Shown: positions 1-13,300 of the stretch, in pieces
How positions within the stretch are numbered: the first letter of the stretch is position 1
Layout of the letters: every line of letters begins with the position of its first letter
DNA from: Auanema rhodensis
Taxonomy: Eukaryota > Animalia > Nematoda
DNA length: 64,000 bases
NCBI GenBank assembly: GCA_964057225.1
Contig: OZ059894.1
Location: 21,018,001 to 21,082,000 of the forward strand
Direction of reading: 5' to 3'
Notes under the pieces: model-generated
Database searches by the model: none
Told to the model about the DNA's origin: nothing
What the model saw: only the letters and a program-made list of their open reading frames with translations
Translations under genes and position numbers: made by a program

Positions 1-1755
1 TAATTTAGCAAAAAGTAGATGTTTTTAGATTCCTTTTTTCAAGGCAAAGACGATGGACAAAGTTATTCAACGAAAAAATTAATTCTTCAGGGTGAAAATC
101 GAGGATATAAGTGTAAACTTATATCAGTTGATATCTCGGTGCATTTTTAAGCTAGCGCAAATCTGATAACACAGAACGACGCAGCTTAAAAATTCGCATC
201 GAATGCACTATACTACATTGAGAAACGCTTAATACAAAAATTAGTTATGATCGTTTGAAAAATGATGCATTAGTGTATGTTGAGTTTCCATGTACACTCA
301 ACATTGCTTCCAAAAACATTTTGACAAAAATTTTTTCGAAAAATTTCAAAATAATTTAGCGAAAAGTAGATGTTTTTAGATTCCATTTTTCAAGGCAAAG
401 ACGATGGACAATGTTATTCAACGAAAAAATTGATTCTTCAGGGTGAAAATCGAGGATATAAGTGTGAACTTATATCAGTTGATATCTCGGTGCATTTTTA
501 AGCTAGCGCAAATCTGATAACACAGATCGACGCAGCTTAAAAATCCGCATCGAATGCACTATACTACATTAAGAAACGCTTAATACAAAAATTAGTTATG
601 ATCGTTTGAAAAATGATGCATTAGTGTATGTTGAGTTTCCATGTACACTCAACATTGCTTCCAAAAACATTTTGACAAAAATTTTTTCGAAAAATTTCGA
701 AATAATTTAGCAAAAAGTAGATGTTTTTAGATTCCATTTTTCAAGGCAAAGACGATGGACAATGTTATTCAACGAAAAAATTAATTCTTCAGGGTGAAAA
801 TCGAGGATATAAGTGTGAACTTATATCAGTTGATATCTCGGTGCATTTTTAAGCTAGCGCAAATCTGATAACACAGAACGACGCAGCTTAAAAATCCGCA
901 TCGAATGCACTATACTACATTGAGAAACGCTTAATACAAAAATTAGTTATGATCGTTTGAAAAATGATGCATTAGTGTATGTTGAGTTTCCATGTACACT
1001 CAACATTGCTTCCAAAAACATTTTGACAAAAATTTTTTCGAGAAATTTCGAAATAATTTAGCAAAAAGTAGATGTTTTTAGATTCCTTTTTTCAAGGCAA
1101 AGACGATGGACAATGTTATTCAACGAAAAAATTAATTCTTCAGGGTGAAAATCGAGGATATAAGTGTGAACTTATATCAGTTGATATCTCGGTGCATTTT
1201 TAAGCTAGCGCAAATCTGATAACACAGATCGACGCAGCTTAAAAATCCGCATCGAATGCACTATACTACCTTGAGAAACGCTTAATACAAAAATTAGTTA
1301 TGATCGTTTGAAAAATGATGCATTAGTGTATGTTGAGTTTCCATGTACACTCAACATTGCTTCCAAAAACATTTTGACAAAAATTTTTTCGAAAAATTTC
1401 AAAATAATTTAGCAAAAAGTAGATGTTTTTAGATTCCTTTTTTCAAGGCAAAGACGATGGACAATGTTATTCAACATAAAAATTAATTCTTCAGGGTGAA
1501 AATCGAGGATATAAGTGTGAACTTATATCAGTTGATATCTCGGTGCATTTTTAAGCTAGCGCAAATCTGATAACACAGAACGACGCAGCTTAAAAATCCG
1601 CATCGAATGCACTATACTACATTGAGAAACGCTTAATACAAAAATTAGTTATGATCGTTTGAAAAATGATGCATTAGTGTATGTTGAGTTTCCATGTACA
1701 CTCAACATTACTTCCAAAAACATTTTGACAAAAATTTTTTCGAGAAATTTCAAAA

Positions 1756-4700
1756 TAATTTAGCAAAAAGTAGATGTTTTTAGATTTCTTTTTTCAAGGC
1801 AAAGACGATGGACAATGTTATTCAACGAAAAAATTAATTCTTCAGGGTGAAAATCGAGGATATAAGTGTGAACTTATATCAGTTGATATCTCGGTGCATT
1901 TTTAAGCTAGCGCAAATCTGATAACACAGATCGACGCAGCTTAAAAATCCGCATCGAATGCACTATACTACATTGAGAAACGCTTAATACAAAAATTAGT
2001 TATGATCGTTTGAAAAATGATGCATTAGTGTATGTTGAGTTTCCATGTACACTCAACATTGCTTCCAAAAACATTTTGACAAAAATTTTTTCGAAAAATT
2101 TCAAAATAATTTAGCAAAAAGTAGATGTTTTTAGATTCCTTTTTTCAAGGCAAAGACGATGGACAATGTTATTCAACGAAAAAATTAATTCTTCAGGGTG
2201 AAAATCGAGGATATAAGTGTGAACTTATATCAGTTGATATCTCGGTGCATTTTTAAGCTAGCGCAAATCTGATAACACAGAACGACGCAGCTTAAAAATC
2301 CGCATCGAATGCACTATACTACATTGAGAAACGCTTAATACAAAAATTAGTTATGATCGTTTGAAAAATGATGCATTAGTGTATGTTGAGTTTCCATGTA
2401 CACTCAACATTGCTTCCAAAAACATTTTGACAAAAATTTTTTCGAGAAATTTCAAAATAATTTAGCAAAAAGTAGATGTTTTTAGATTCCTTTTTTCAAG
2501 GCAAAGACGATGGACAATGTTATTCAACGAAAAAATTAATTCTTCAGGGTGAAAATCGAGGATATAAGTGTGAACTTATATCAGTTGATATCTCGGTGCA
2601 TTTTTAAGCTAGCGCAAATCTGATAACACAGATCGACGCAGCTTAAAAATCCGCATCGAATGCACTAAACTACATTGAGAAACGCTTAATACAAAAATTA
2701 GTTATGATCGTTTGAAAAATGATGCATTAGTGTATGTTGAGTTTCCATGTACACTCAACATTGCTTCCAAAAACATTTTGACAAAAATTTTTTCGAAAAA
2801 TTTCAAAATAATTTAGCAAAAAGTAGATGTTTTTAGATTCCTTTTTTCAAGGCAAAGACGATGGACAATGTTATTCAACGAAAAAATTAATTCTTCAGGG
2901 TGAAAATCGAGGATATAAGTGTGAACTTATATCAGTTGATATCTCGGTGCATTTTTAAGCTAGCGCAAATCTGATAACACAGATCGACGCAGCTTAAAAA
3001 TCCGCATCGAATGCACTATACTACATTGAGAAACGCTTAATACAAAAATTAGTTATGATCGTTTGAAAAATGATGCATTAGTGTATGTTGAGTTTCCATG
3101 TACACTCAACATTGCTTCCAAAAACATTTTGACAAAAATTTTTTCGAAAAATTTCAAAATAATTTAGCAAAAAGTAGATGTTTTTAGATTCCTTTTTTCA
3201 AGGCAAAGACGATAGACAATGTTATTCAACGAAAAAATTAATTCTTCAGGGTGAAAATCGAGGATATAAGTGTGAACTTATATCAGTTGATATCTCGGTG
3301 CATTTTTAAGCTAGCGCAAATCTGATAACACAGATCGACGCAACTTAAAAATCCGCATCGAATGCACTATACTACATTGAGAAACGCTTAATACAAAAAT
3401 TAGTTATGATCGTTTGAAAAATGATGCATTAGTGTATGTTGAGTTTCCATGTACACTCAACATTGCTTCCAAAAACATTTTGACAAAAATTTTTTCGAAA
3501 AATTTCAAAATAATTTAGCAAAAAGTAGATGTTTTTAGATTCCATTTTTCAAGGCAAAGACGATGGACAATGTTATTCAACGAAAAAATTGATTCTTCAG
3601 GGTGAAAATTGAGGATATAAGTGTGAACTTATATCAGTTGATATCTCGGTGCATTTTTAAGCTAGCGCAAATCTGATAACACAGATCGACGCAGCTTAAA
3701 AATCCGCATCGAATGCACTATACTACATTAAGAAACGCTTAATACAAAAATTAGTTATGATCGTTTGAAAAATGATGCATTAGTGTATGTTGAGTTTCCA
3801 TGTACACTCAACATTGCTTCCAAAAACATTTTGACAAAAATTTTTTCGAAAAATTTCGAAATAATTTAGCAAAAAGTAGATGTTTTTAGATTCCATTTTT
3901 CAAGGCAAAGACGATGGACGATGTTATTCAACGAAAAAATTAATTCTTCAGGGTGAAAATCGAGGATATAAGTGTGAACTTATATCAGTTGATATCTCGG
4001 TGCATTTTTAAGCTAGCGCAAATCTGATAACACAGAACGACGCAGCTTAAAAATTCGCATCGAATGCACTATACTACATTGAGAAACGCTTAATACAAAA
4101 ATTAGTTATGATCGTTTGAAAAATGATGCATTAGTGTATGTTGAGTTTCCATGTACACTCAACATTGCTTCCAAAAACATTTTGACAAAAATTTTTTCGA
4201 GAAATTTCAAAATAATTTAGCAAAAAGTAGATGTTTTTAGATTTCTTTTTTCAAGGCAAAGACGATGGACAATGTTATTCAACGAAAAAATTAATTCTTC
4301 AGGGTGAAAATCGAGGATATAAGTGTGAACTTATATCAGTTGATATCTCGGTGCATTTTTAAGCTAGCGCAAATCTGATAACACAGATCGACGCAGCTTA
4401 AAAATCCGCATCGAATGCACTATACTACATTGAGAAACGCTTAATACAAAAATTAGTTATGATCGTTTGAAAAATGATGCATTAGTGTATGTTGAGTTTC
4501 CATGTACACTCAACATTGCTTCCAAAAACATTTTGACAAAAATTTTTTCGAAAAATTTCAAAATAATTTAGCAAAAAGTAGATGTTTTTAGATTCCTTTT
4601 TTCAAGGCAAAGACGATGGACAATGTTATTCAACGAAAAAATTAATTCTTCAGGGTGAAAATCGAGGATATAAGTGTGAACTTATATCAGTTGATATCTC

Positions 4701-6669
4701 GGTGCATTTTTAAGCTAGCGCAAATCTGATAACACAGAACGACGCAGCTTAAAAATCCGCATCGAATGCACTATACTACATTGAGAAACGCTTAATACAA
4801 AAATTAGTTATGATCGTTTGAAAAATGATGCATTAGTGTATGTTGAGTTTCCATGTACACTCAACATTGCTTCCAAAAACATTTTGACAAAAATTTTTTC
4901 GAGAAATTTCAAAATAATTTAGCAAAAAGTAGATGTTTTTAGATTCCTTTTTTCAAGGCAAAGACGATGGACAATGTTATTCAACGAAAAAATTAATTCT
5001 TCAGGGTGAAAATCGAGGATATAAGTGTGAACTTATATCAGTTGATATCTCGGTGCATTTTTAAGCTAGCGCAAATCTGATAACACAGATCGACGCAGCT
5101 TAAAAATCCGCATCGAATGCACTAAACTACATTGAGAAACGCTTAATACAAAAATTAGTTATGATCGTTTGAAAAATGATGCATTAGTGTATGTTGAGTT
5201 TCCATGTACACTCAACATTGCTTCCAAAAACATTTTGACAAAAATTTTTTCGAAAAATTTCAAAATAATTTAGCAAAAAGTAGATGTTTTTAGATTCCTT
5301 TTTTCAAGGCAAAGACGATGGACAATGTTATTCAACGAAAAAATTAATTCTTCAGGGTGAAAATCGAGGATATAAGTGTGAACTTATATCAGTTGATATC
5401 TCGGTGCATTTTTAAGCTAGCGCAAATCTGATAACACAGATCGACGCAGCTTAAAAATCCGCATCGAATGCACTATACTACATTGAGAAACGCTTAATAC
5501 AAAAATTAGTTATGATCGTTTGAAAAATGATGCATTAGTGTATGTTGAGTTTCCATGTACACTCAACATTGCTTCCAAAAACATTTTGACAAAAATTTTT
5601 TCGAAAAATTTCAAAATAATTTAGCAAAAAGTAGATGTTTTTAGATTCCTTTTTTCAAGGCAAAGACGATAGACAATGTTATTCAACGAAAAAATTAATT
5701 CTTCAGGGTGAAAATCGAGGATATAAGTGTGAACTTATATCAGTTGATATCTCGGTGCATTTTTAAGCTAGCGCAAATCTGATAACACAGATCGACGCAA
5801 CTTAAAAATCCGCATCGAATGCACTATACTACATTGAGAAACGCTTAATACAAAAATTAGTTATGATCGTTTGAAAAATGATGCATTAGTGTATGTTGAG
5901 TTTCCATGTACACTCAACATTGCTTCCAAAAACATTTTGACAAAAATTTTTTCGAAAAATTTCAAAATAATTTAGCAAAAAGTAGATGTTTTTAGATTCC
6001 ATTTTTCAAGGCAAAGACGATGGACAATGTTATTCAACGAAAAAATTGATTCTTCAGGGTGAAAATTGAGGATATAAGTGTGAACTTATATCAGTTGATA
6101 TCTCGGTGCATTTTTAAGCTAGCGCAAATCTGATAACACAGATCGACGCAGCTTAAAAATCCGCATCGAATGCACTATACTACATTAAGAAACGCTTAAT
6201 ACAAAAATTAGTTATGATCGTTTGAAAAATGATGCATTAGTGTATGTTGAGTTTCCATGTACACTCAACATTGCTTCCAAAAACATTTTGACAAAAATTT
6301 TTTCGAAAAATTTCGAAATAATTTAGCAAAAAGTAGATGTTTTTAGATTCCATTTTTCAAGGCAAAGACGATGGACGATGTTATTCAACGAAAAAATTAA
6401 TTCTTCAGGGTGAAAATCGAGGATATAAGTGTGAACTTATATCAGTTGATATCTCGGTGCATTTTTAAGCTAGCGCAAATCTGATAACACAGAACGACGC
6501 AGCTTAAAAATTCGCATCGAATGCACTATACTACATTGAGAAACGCTTAATACAAAAATTAGTTATGATCGTTTGAAAAATGATGCATTAGTGTATGTTG
6601 AGTTTCCATGTACACTCAACATTGCTTCCAAAAACATTTTGACAAAAATTTTTTCGAGAAATTTCGAAA
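1756..6669 (+). repeat. 7-monomer (2457 bp) tandem duplication / nascent higher-order repeat
   Basis: Rare variants recur at +2457: 2668/5125, 3214/5671, 3343/5800, 3610/6067, 3920/6377. Confidence 0.93.
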
Positions 6670-7123
6670 TAATTTAGCAAAAAGTAGATGTTTTTAGATT
6701 CCTTTTTTCAAGGCAAAGACGATGGACAATGTTATTCAACGAAAAAATTAATTCTTCAGGGTGAAAATCGAGGATATAAGTGTGAACTTATATCAGTTGA
6801 TATCTCGGTGCATTTTTAAGCTAGCGCAAATCTGATAACACAGATCGACGCAGCTTAAAAATCCGCATCGAATGCACTATACTACATTGAGAAACGCTTA
6901 ATACAAAAATTAGTTATGATCGTTTGAAAAATGATGCATTAGTGTATGTTGAGTTTCCATGTACACTCAACATTGCTTCCAAAAACATTTTGACAAAAAT
7001 TTTTTCGAAAAATTTCAAAATAATTTAGCAAAAAGTAGATGTTTTTAGATTCCTTTTTTCAAGGCAAAGACGATGGACAATGTTATTCAACGAAAAAATT
7101 AATTCTTCAGGGTGAAAATCGAG

Positions 7124-7154
7124 GATATAAGTGTGAACTTATATCAGTTGATAT
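7124..7154. other. Two overlapping dyads (p104-125 and p121-134), present in every monomer
   Basis: GATATAAGT-gtga-ACTTATATC (9-bp stem) overlaps ATATCA-gt-TGATAT (6-bp arms). Confidence 0.9.
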
Positions 7155-7155
7155 C

Positions 7156-7222
7156 TCGGTGCATTTTTAAGCTAGCGCAAATCTGATAACACAGATCGAC
7201 GCAGCTTAAAAATCCGCATCGA
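7156..7222. other. Long imperfect inverted repeat (p136-202), present in every monomer
   Basis: Nested pairings: TCGGTGC/GCATCGA (one G.T), ATTTTTAAGCT/AGCTTAAAAAT (11 bp perfect), GCG/CGC and ATCTG/CAGAT, closing a 6-nt loop ATAACA. Confidence 0.9.
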
Positions 7223-7296
7223 ATGCACTATACTACATTGAGAAACGCTTAATACAAAAATTAGTTATGATCGTTTGAAAAATGATGCATTAGTGT

Positions 7297-7324
7297 ATGT
7301 TGAGTTTCCATGTACACTCAACAT
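7297..7324. other. Dyad p277-304, present in every monomer
   Basis: ATGTTGAGT-ttccatgtac-ACTCAACAT forms a 9-bp perfect stem with a 10-nt loop. Confidence 0.9.
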
Positions 7325-7337
7325 TGCTTCCAAAAAC

Positions 7338-7372
7338 ATTTTGACAAAAATTTTTTCGAAAAATTTCAAAAT
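7338..7372. other. A/T-tract dyad p318-352
   Basis: ATTTTGA...TCAAAAT encloses the 12-bp palindrome TTTTTCGAAAAA. Confidence 0.8.
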
Positions 7373-10300
7373 AATTTAGCAAAAAGTAGATGTTTTTAGA
7401 TTCCTTTTTTCAAGGCAAAGACGATGGACAATGTTATTCAACGAAAAAATTAATTCTTCAGGGTGAAAATCGAGGATATAAGTGTGAACTTATATCAGTT
7501 GATATCTCGGTGCATTTTTAAGCTAGCGCAAATCTGATAACACAGAACGACGCAGCTTAAAAATCCGCATCGAATGCACTATACTACATTGAGAAACGCT
7601 TAATACAAAAATTAGTTATGATCGTTTGAAAAATGATGCATTAGTGTATGTTGAGTTTCCATGTACACTCAACATTGCTTCCAAAAACATTTTGACAAAA
7701 ATTTTTTCGAGAAATTTCAAAATAATTTAGCAAAAAGTAGATGTTTTTAGATTTCTTTTTTCAAGGCAAAGACGATGGACAATGTTATTCAACGAAAAAA
7801 TTAATTCTTCAGGGTGAAAATCGAGGATATAAGTGTGAACTTATATCAGTTGATATCTCGGTGCATTTTTAAGCTAGCGCAAATCTGATAACACAGATCG
7901 ACGCAGCTTAAAAATCCGCATCGAATGCACTATACTACATTGAGAAACGCTCAATACAAAAATTAGTTATGATCGTTTGAAAAATGATGCATTAGTGTAT
8001 GTTGAGTTTCCATGTACACTCAACATTGCTTCCAAAAACATTTTGACAAAAATTTTTTCGAAAAATTTCAAAATAATTTAGCAAAAAGTAGATGTTTTTA
8101 GATTCCTTTTTTCAAGGCAAAGACGATGGACAATGTTATTCAACGAAAAAATTAATTCTTCAGGGTGAAAATCGAGGATATAAGTGTGAACTTATATCAG
8201 TTGATATCTCGGTGCATTTTTAAGCTAGCGCAAATCTGATAACACAGAACGACGCAGCTTAAAAATCCGCATCGAATGCACTATACTACATTGAGAAACG
8301 CTTAATACAAAAATTAGTTATGATCGTTTGAAAAATGATGCATTAGTGTATGTTGAGTTTCCATGTACACTCAACATTGCTTCCAAAAACATTTTGACAA
8401 AAATTTTTTCGAGAAATTTCAAAATAATTTAGCAAAAAGTAGATGTTTTTAGATTCCTTTTTTCAAGGCAAAGACGATGGACAATGTTATTCAACGAAAA
8501 AATTAATTCTTCAGGGTGAAAATCGAGGATATAAGTGTGAACTTATATCAGTTGATATCTCGGTGCATTTTTAAGCTAGCGCAAATCTGATAACACAGAT
8601 CGACGCAGCTTAAAAATCCGCATCGAATGCACTATACTACATTGAGAAACGCTTAATACAAAAATTAGTTATGATCGTTTGAAAAATGATGCATTAGTGT
8701 ATGTTGAGTTTCCATGTACACTCAACATTGCTTCCAAAAACATTTTGACAAAAATTTTTTCAAAAAATTTCAAAATAATTTAGCAAAAAGTAGATGTTTT
8801 TAGATTCCTTTTTTCAAGGCAAAGACGATGGACAATGTTATTCAACGAAAAAATTAATTCTTCAGGGTGAAAATCGAGGATATAAGTGTGAACTTATATC
8901 AGTTGATATCTCGGTGCATTTTTAAGCTAGCGCAAATCTGATAACACAGATCGACGCAGCTTAAAAATCCGCATCGAATGCACTATACTACATTGAGAAA
9001 CGCTTAATACAAAAATTAGTTATGATCGTTTGAAAAATGATGCATTAGTGTATGTTGAGTTTCCATGTACACTCAACATTGCTTCCAAAAACATTTTGAC
9101 AAAAATTTTTTCGAGAAATTTCAAAATAATTTAGCAAAAAGTAGATGTTTTTAGATTTCTTTTTTCAAGGCAAAGACGATGGACAATGTTATTCAACGAA
9201 AAAATTAATTCTTCAGGGTGAAAATCGAGGATATAAGTGTGAACTTATATCAGTTGATATCTCGGTGCATTTTTAAGCTAGCGCAAATCTGATAACACAG
9301 ATCGACGCAGCTTAAAAATCCGCATCGAATGCACTATACTACATTGAGAAACGCTTAATACAAAAATTAGTTATGATCGTTTGAAAAATGATGCATTAGT
9401 GTATGTTGAGTTTCCATGTACACTCAACATTGCTTCCAAAAACATTTTGACAAAAATTTTTTCGAAAAATTTCAAAATAATTTAGCAAAAAGTAGATGTT
9501 TTTAGATTCCTTTTTTCAAGGCAAAGACGATGGACAATGTTATTCAACGAAAAAATTAATTCTTCAGGGTGAAAATCGAGGATATAAGTGTGAACTTATA
9601 TCAGTTGATATCTCGGTGCATTTTTAAGCTAGCGCAAATCTGATAACACAGATCGACGCAGCTTAAAAATCCGCATCGAATGCACTATACTACATTGAGA
9701 AACGCTTAATACAAAAATTAGTTATGATCGTTTGAAAAATGATGCATTAGTGTATGTTGAGTTTCCATGTACACTCAACATTGCTTCCAAAAACATTTTG
9801 ACAAAAATTTTTTCGAAAAATTTCAAAATAATTTAGCAAAAAGTAGATGTTTTTAGATTCCTTTTTTCAAGGCAAAGACGATGGACAATGTTATTCAACG
9901 AAAAAATTAATTCTTCAGGGTGAAAATCGAGGATATAAGTGTGAACTTATATCAGTTGATATCTCGGTGCATTTTTAAGCTAGCGCAAATCTGATAACAC
10001 AGAACGACGCAGCTTAAAAATCCGCATCGAATGCACTATACTACATTGAGAAACGCTTAATACAAAAATTAGTTATGATCGTTTGAAAAATGATGCATTA
10101 GTGTATGTTGAGTTTCCATGTACACTCAACATTGCTTCCAAAAACATTTTGACAAAAATTTTTTCGAGAAATTTCAAAATAATTTAGCAAAAAGTAGATG
10201 TTTTTAGATTTCTTTTTTCAAGGCAAAGACGATGGACAATGTTATTCAACGAAAAAATTAATTCTTCAGGGTGAAAATCGAGGATATAAGTGTGAACTTA

Positions 10301-13300
10301 TATCAGTTGATATCTCGGTGCATTTTTAAGCTAGCGCAAATCTGATAACACAGATCGACGCAGCTTAAAAATCCGCATCGAATGCACTATACTACATTGA
10401 GAAACGCTTAACACAAAAATTAGTTATGATCGTTTGAAAAATGATGCATTAGTGTATGTTGAGTTTCCATGTACACTCAACATTGCTTCCAAAAACATTT
10501 TGACAAAAATTTTTTCGAGAAATTTCAAAATAATTTAGCAAAAAGTAGATGTTTTTAGATTTCTTTTTTCAAGGCAAAGACGATGGACAATGTTATTCAA
10601 CGAAAAAATTAATTCTTCAGGGTGAAAATCGAGGATATAAGTGTGAACTTATATCAGTTGATATCTCGGTGCATTTTTAAGCTAGCGCAAATCTGATAAC
10701 ACAGATCGACGCAGCTTAAAAATCCGCATCGAATGCACTATACTACATTGAGAAACGCTTAATACAAAAATTAGTTATGATCGTTTGAAAAATGATGCAT
10801 TAGTGTATGTTGAGTTTCCATGTACACTCAACATTGCTTCCAAAAACATTTTGACAAAAATTTTTTCGAAAAATTTCAAAATAATTTAGCAAAAAGTAGA
10901 TGTTTTTAGATTCCTTTTTTCAAGGCAAAGACGATGGACAATGTTATTCAACGAAAAAATTAATTCTTCAGGGTGAAAATCGAGGATATAAGTGTGAACT
11001 TATATCAGTTGATATCTCGGTGCATTTTTAAGCTAGCGCAAATCTGATAACACAGATCGACGCAGCTTAAAAATCCGCATCGAATGCACTATACTACATT
11101 GAGAAACGCTTAATACAAAAATTAGTTATGATCGTTTGAAAAATGATGCATTAGTGTATGTTGAGTTTCCATGTACACTCAACATTGCTTCCAAAAACAT
11201 TTTGACAAAAATTTTTTCGAAAAATTTCAAAATAATTTAGCAAAAAGTAGATGTTTTTAGATTCCATTTTTCAAGGCAAAGAGGATGGACAATGTTATTC
11301 AACGAAAAAATTGATTCTTCAGGGTGAAAATCGAGGATATAAGTGTGAACTTATATCAGTTGATATCTCGGTGCATTTTTAAGCTAGCGCAAATCTGATA
11401 ACACAGATCGACGCAGCTTAAAAATCCGCATCGAATGCACTATACTACATTAAGAAACGCTTAATACAAAAATTAGTTATGATCGTTTGAAAAATGATGC
11501 ATTAGTGTATGTTGAGTTTCCATGTACACTCAACATTGCTTCCAAAAACATTTTGACAAAAATTTTTTCGGAAAATTTCGAAATAATTTAGCAAAAAGTA
11601 GATGTTTTTAGATTCCATTTTTCAAGGCAAAGACGATGGACAATGTTATTCAACGAAAAAATTAATTCTTCAGGGTGAAAATCGAGGATATAAGTGTGAA
11701 CTTATATCAGTTGATATCTCGGTGCATTTTTAAGCTAACGCAAATCTGATAACACAGAACGACGCAGCTTAAAAATCCGCATCGAATGCACTATACTACA
11801 TTGAGAAACGCTTAATACAAAAATTAGTTATGATCGTTTGAAAAATGATGCATTAGTGTATGTTGAGTTTCCATGTACACTCAACATTGCTTCCAAAAAC
11901 ATTTTGACAAAAATTTTTTCGAGAAATTTCGAAATAATTTAGCAAAAAGTAGATGTTTTTAGATTCCTTTTTTCAAGGCAAAGACGATGGACAATGTTAT
12001 TCAACGAAAAAATTAATTCTTCAGGGTGAAAATCGAGGATATAAGTGTGAACTTATATCAGTTGATATCTCGGTGCATTTTTAAGCTAGCGCAAATCTGA
12101 TAACACAGATCGACGCAGCTTAAAAATGCGCATCGAATGCACTATACTACATTGAGAAACGCTTAATACAAAAATTAGTTATGATCGTTTGAAAAATGAT
12201 GCATTAGTGTATGTTGAGTTTCCATGTACACTCAACATTGCTTCCAAAAACATTTTGACAAAAATTTTTTCGAAAAATTTCAAAATAATTTAGCAAAAAG
12301 TAGATGTTTTTAGATTCCTTTTTTCAAGGCAAAGACGATGGACAATGTTATTCAACGAAAAAATTAATTCTTCAGGGTGAAAATCGAGGATATAAGTGTG
12401 AACTTATATCAGTTGATATCTCGGTGCATTTTTAAGCTAGCGCAAATCTGATAACACAGATCGACGCAGCTTAAAAATCCGCATCGAATGCACTATACTA
12501 CATTGAGAAACGCTTAATACAAAAATTAGTTATGATCGTTTGAAAAATGATGCATTAGTGTATGTTGAGTTTCCATGTACACTCAACATTGCTTCCAAAA
12601 ACATTTTGACAAAAATTTTTTCGAGAAATTTCAAAATAATTTAGCAAAAAGTAGATGTTTTTAGATTTCTTTTTTCAAGGCAAAGACGATGGACAATGTT
12701 ATTCAACGAAAAAATTAATTCTTCAGGGTGAAAATCGAGGATATAAGTGTGAACTTATATCAGTTGATATCTCGGTGCATTTTTAAGCTAGCGCAAATCT
12801 GATAACACAGATCGACGCAGCTTAAAAATCCGCATCGAATGCACTATACTACATTGAGAAACGCTTAATACAAAAATTAGTTATGATCGTTTGAAAAATG
12901 ATGCATTAGTGTATGTTGAGTTTCCATGTACACTCAACATTGCTTCCAAAAACATTTTGACAAAAATTTTTTCGAAAAATTTCAAAATAATTTAGCAAAA
13001 AGTAGATGTTTTTAGATTCCTTTTTTCAAGGCAAAGACGATGGACAATGTTATTCAACGAAAAAATTAATTCTTCAGGGTGAAAATCGAGGATATAAGTG
13101 TGAACTTATATCAGTTGATATCTCGGTGCATTTTTAAGCTAGCGCAAATCTGATAACACAGAACGACGCAGCTTAAAAATCCGCATCGAATGCACTATAC
13201 TACATTGAGAAACGCTTAATACAAAAATTAGTTATGATCGTTTGAAAAATGATGCATTAGTGTATGTTGAGTTTCCATGTACACTCAACATTGCTTCCAA

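Larger units (their letters stand above)
7021..7371 (+). repeat. Representative consensus monomer (351 bp, about 31% GC, 12 CpG)
   Basis: This copy carries the majority base at every position I checked (T176, A340). It has single NheI GCTAGC, EcoRV GATATC, NsiI ATGCAT, BsrGI TGTACA and BstBI TTCGAA sites. Confidence 0.9.

Noticed and set aside
1-351. 351 is divisible by 3, suggesting a giant repeat-protein ORF (117-aa unit)
   Set aside because: All six frames have stops in every monomer: TAA p1, TAG p6 and TAG p26 on plus, and TTA p5, TTA p25 and TCA p39 marking minus-strand stops. The ATGs at p53 and p60 close within 12 codons.
3591-3610. Possible compensatory changes G81 and T100 at the base of the p82-99 stem
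   Set aside because: Each variant alone would add a pair, but they co-occur as G.T at 3591/3610 and 6048/6067, and there are too few independent events to claim covariation.
7021-7371. Assignment to a named satellite family (e.g. Drosophila 359-bp 1.688 or beetle ~360-bp satellites) or a CENP-B box
   Set aside because: The length is similar, but I recognise no convincing sequence match and no TTCG-N4-A-N2-CGGG motif. A database search is needed.
7021-7371. Internal ~175-bp dimer substructure, tRNA/5S rRNA, or bacterial promoter/terminator (TTGACA at p321, hairpins)
   Set aside because: The two halves do not align beyond A-tracts. There is no cloverleaf or 5S similarity, and promoter-like hexamers are expected by chance in AT-rich DNA with no genes.
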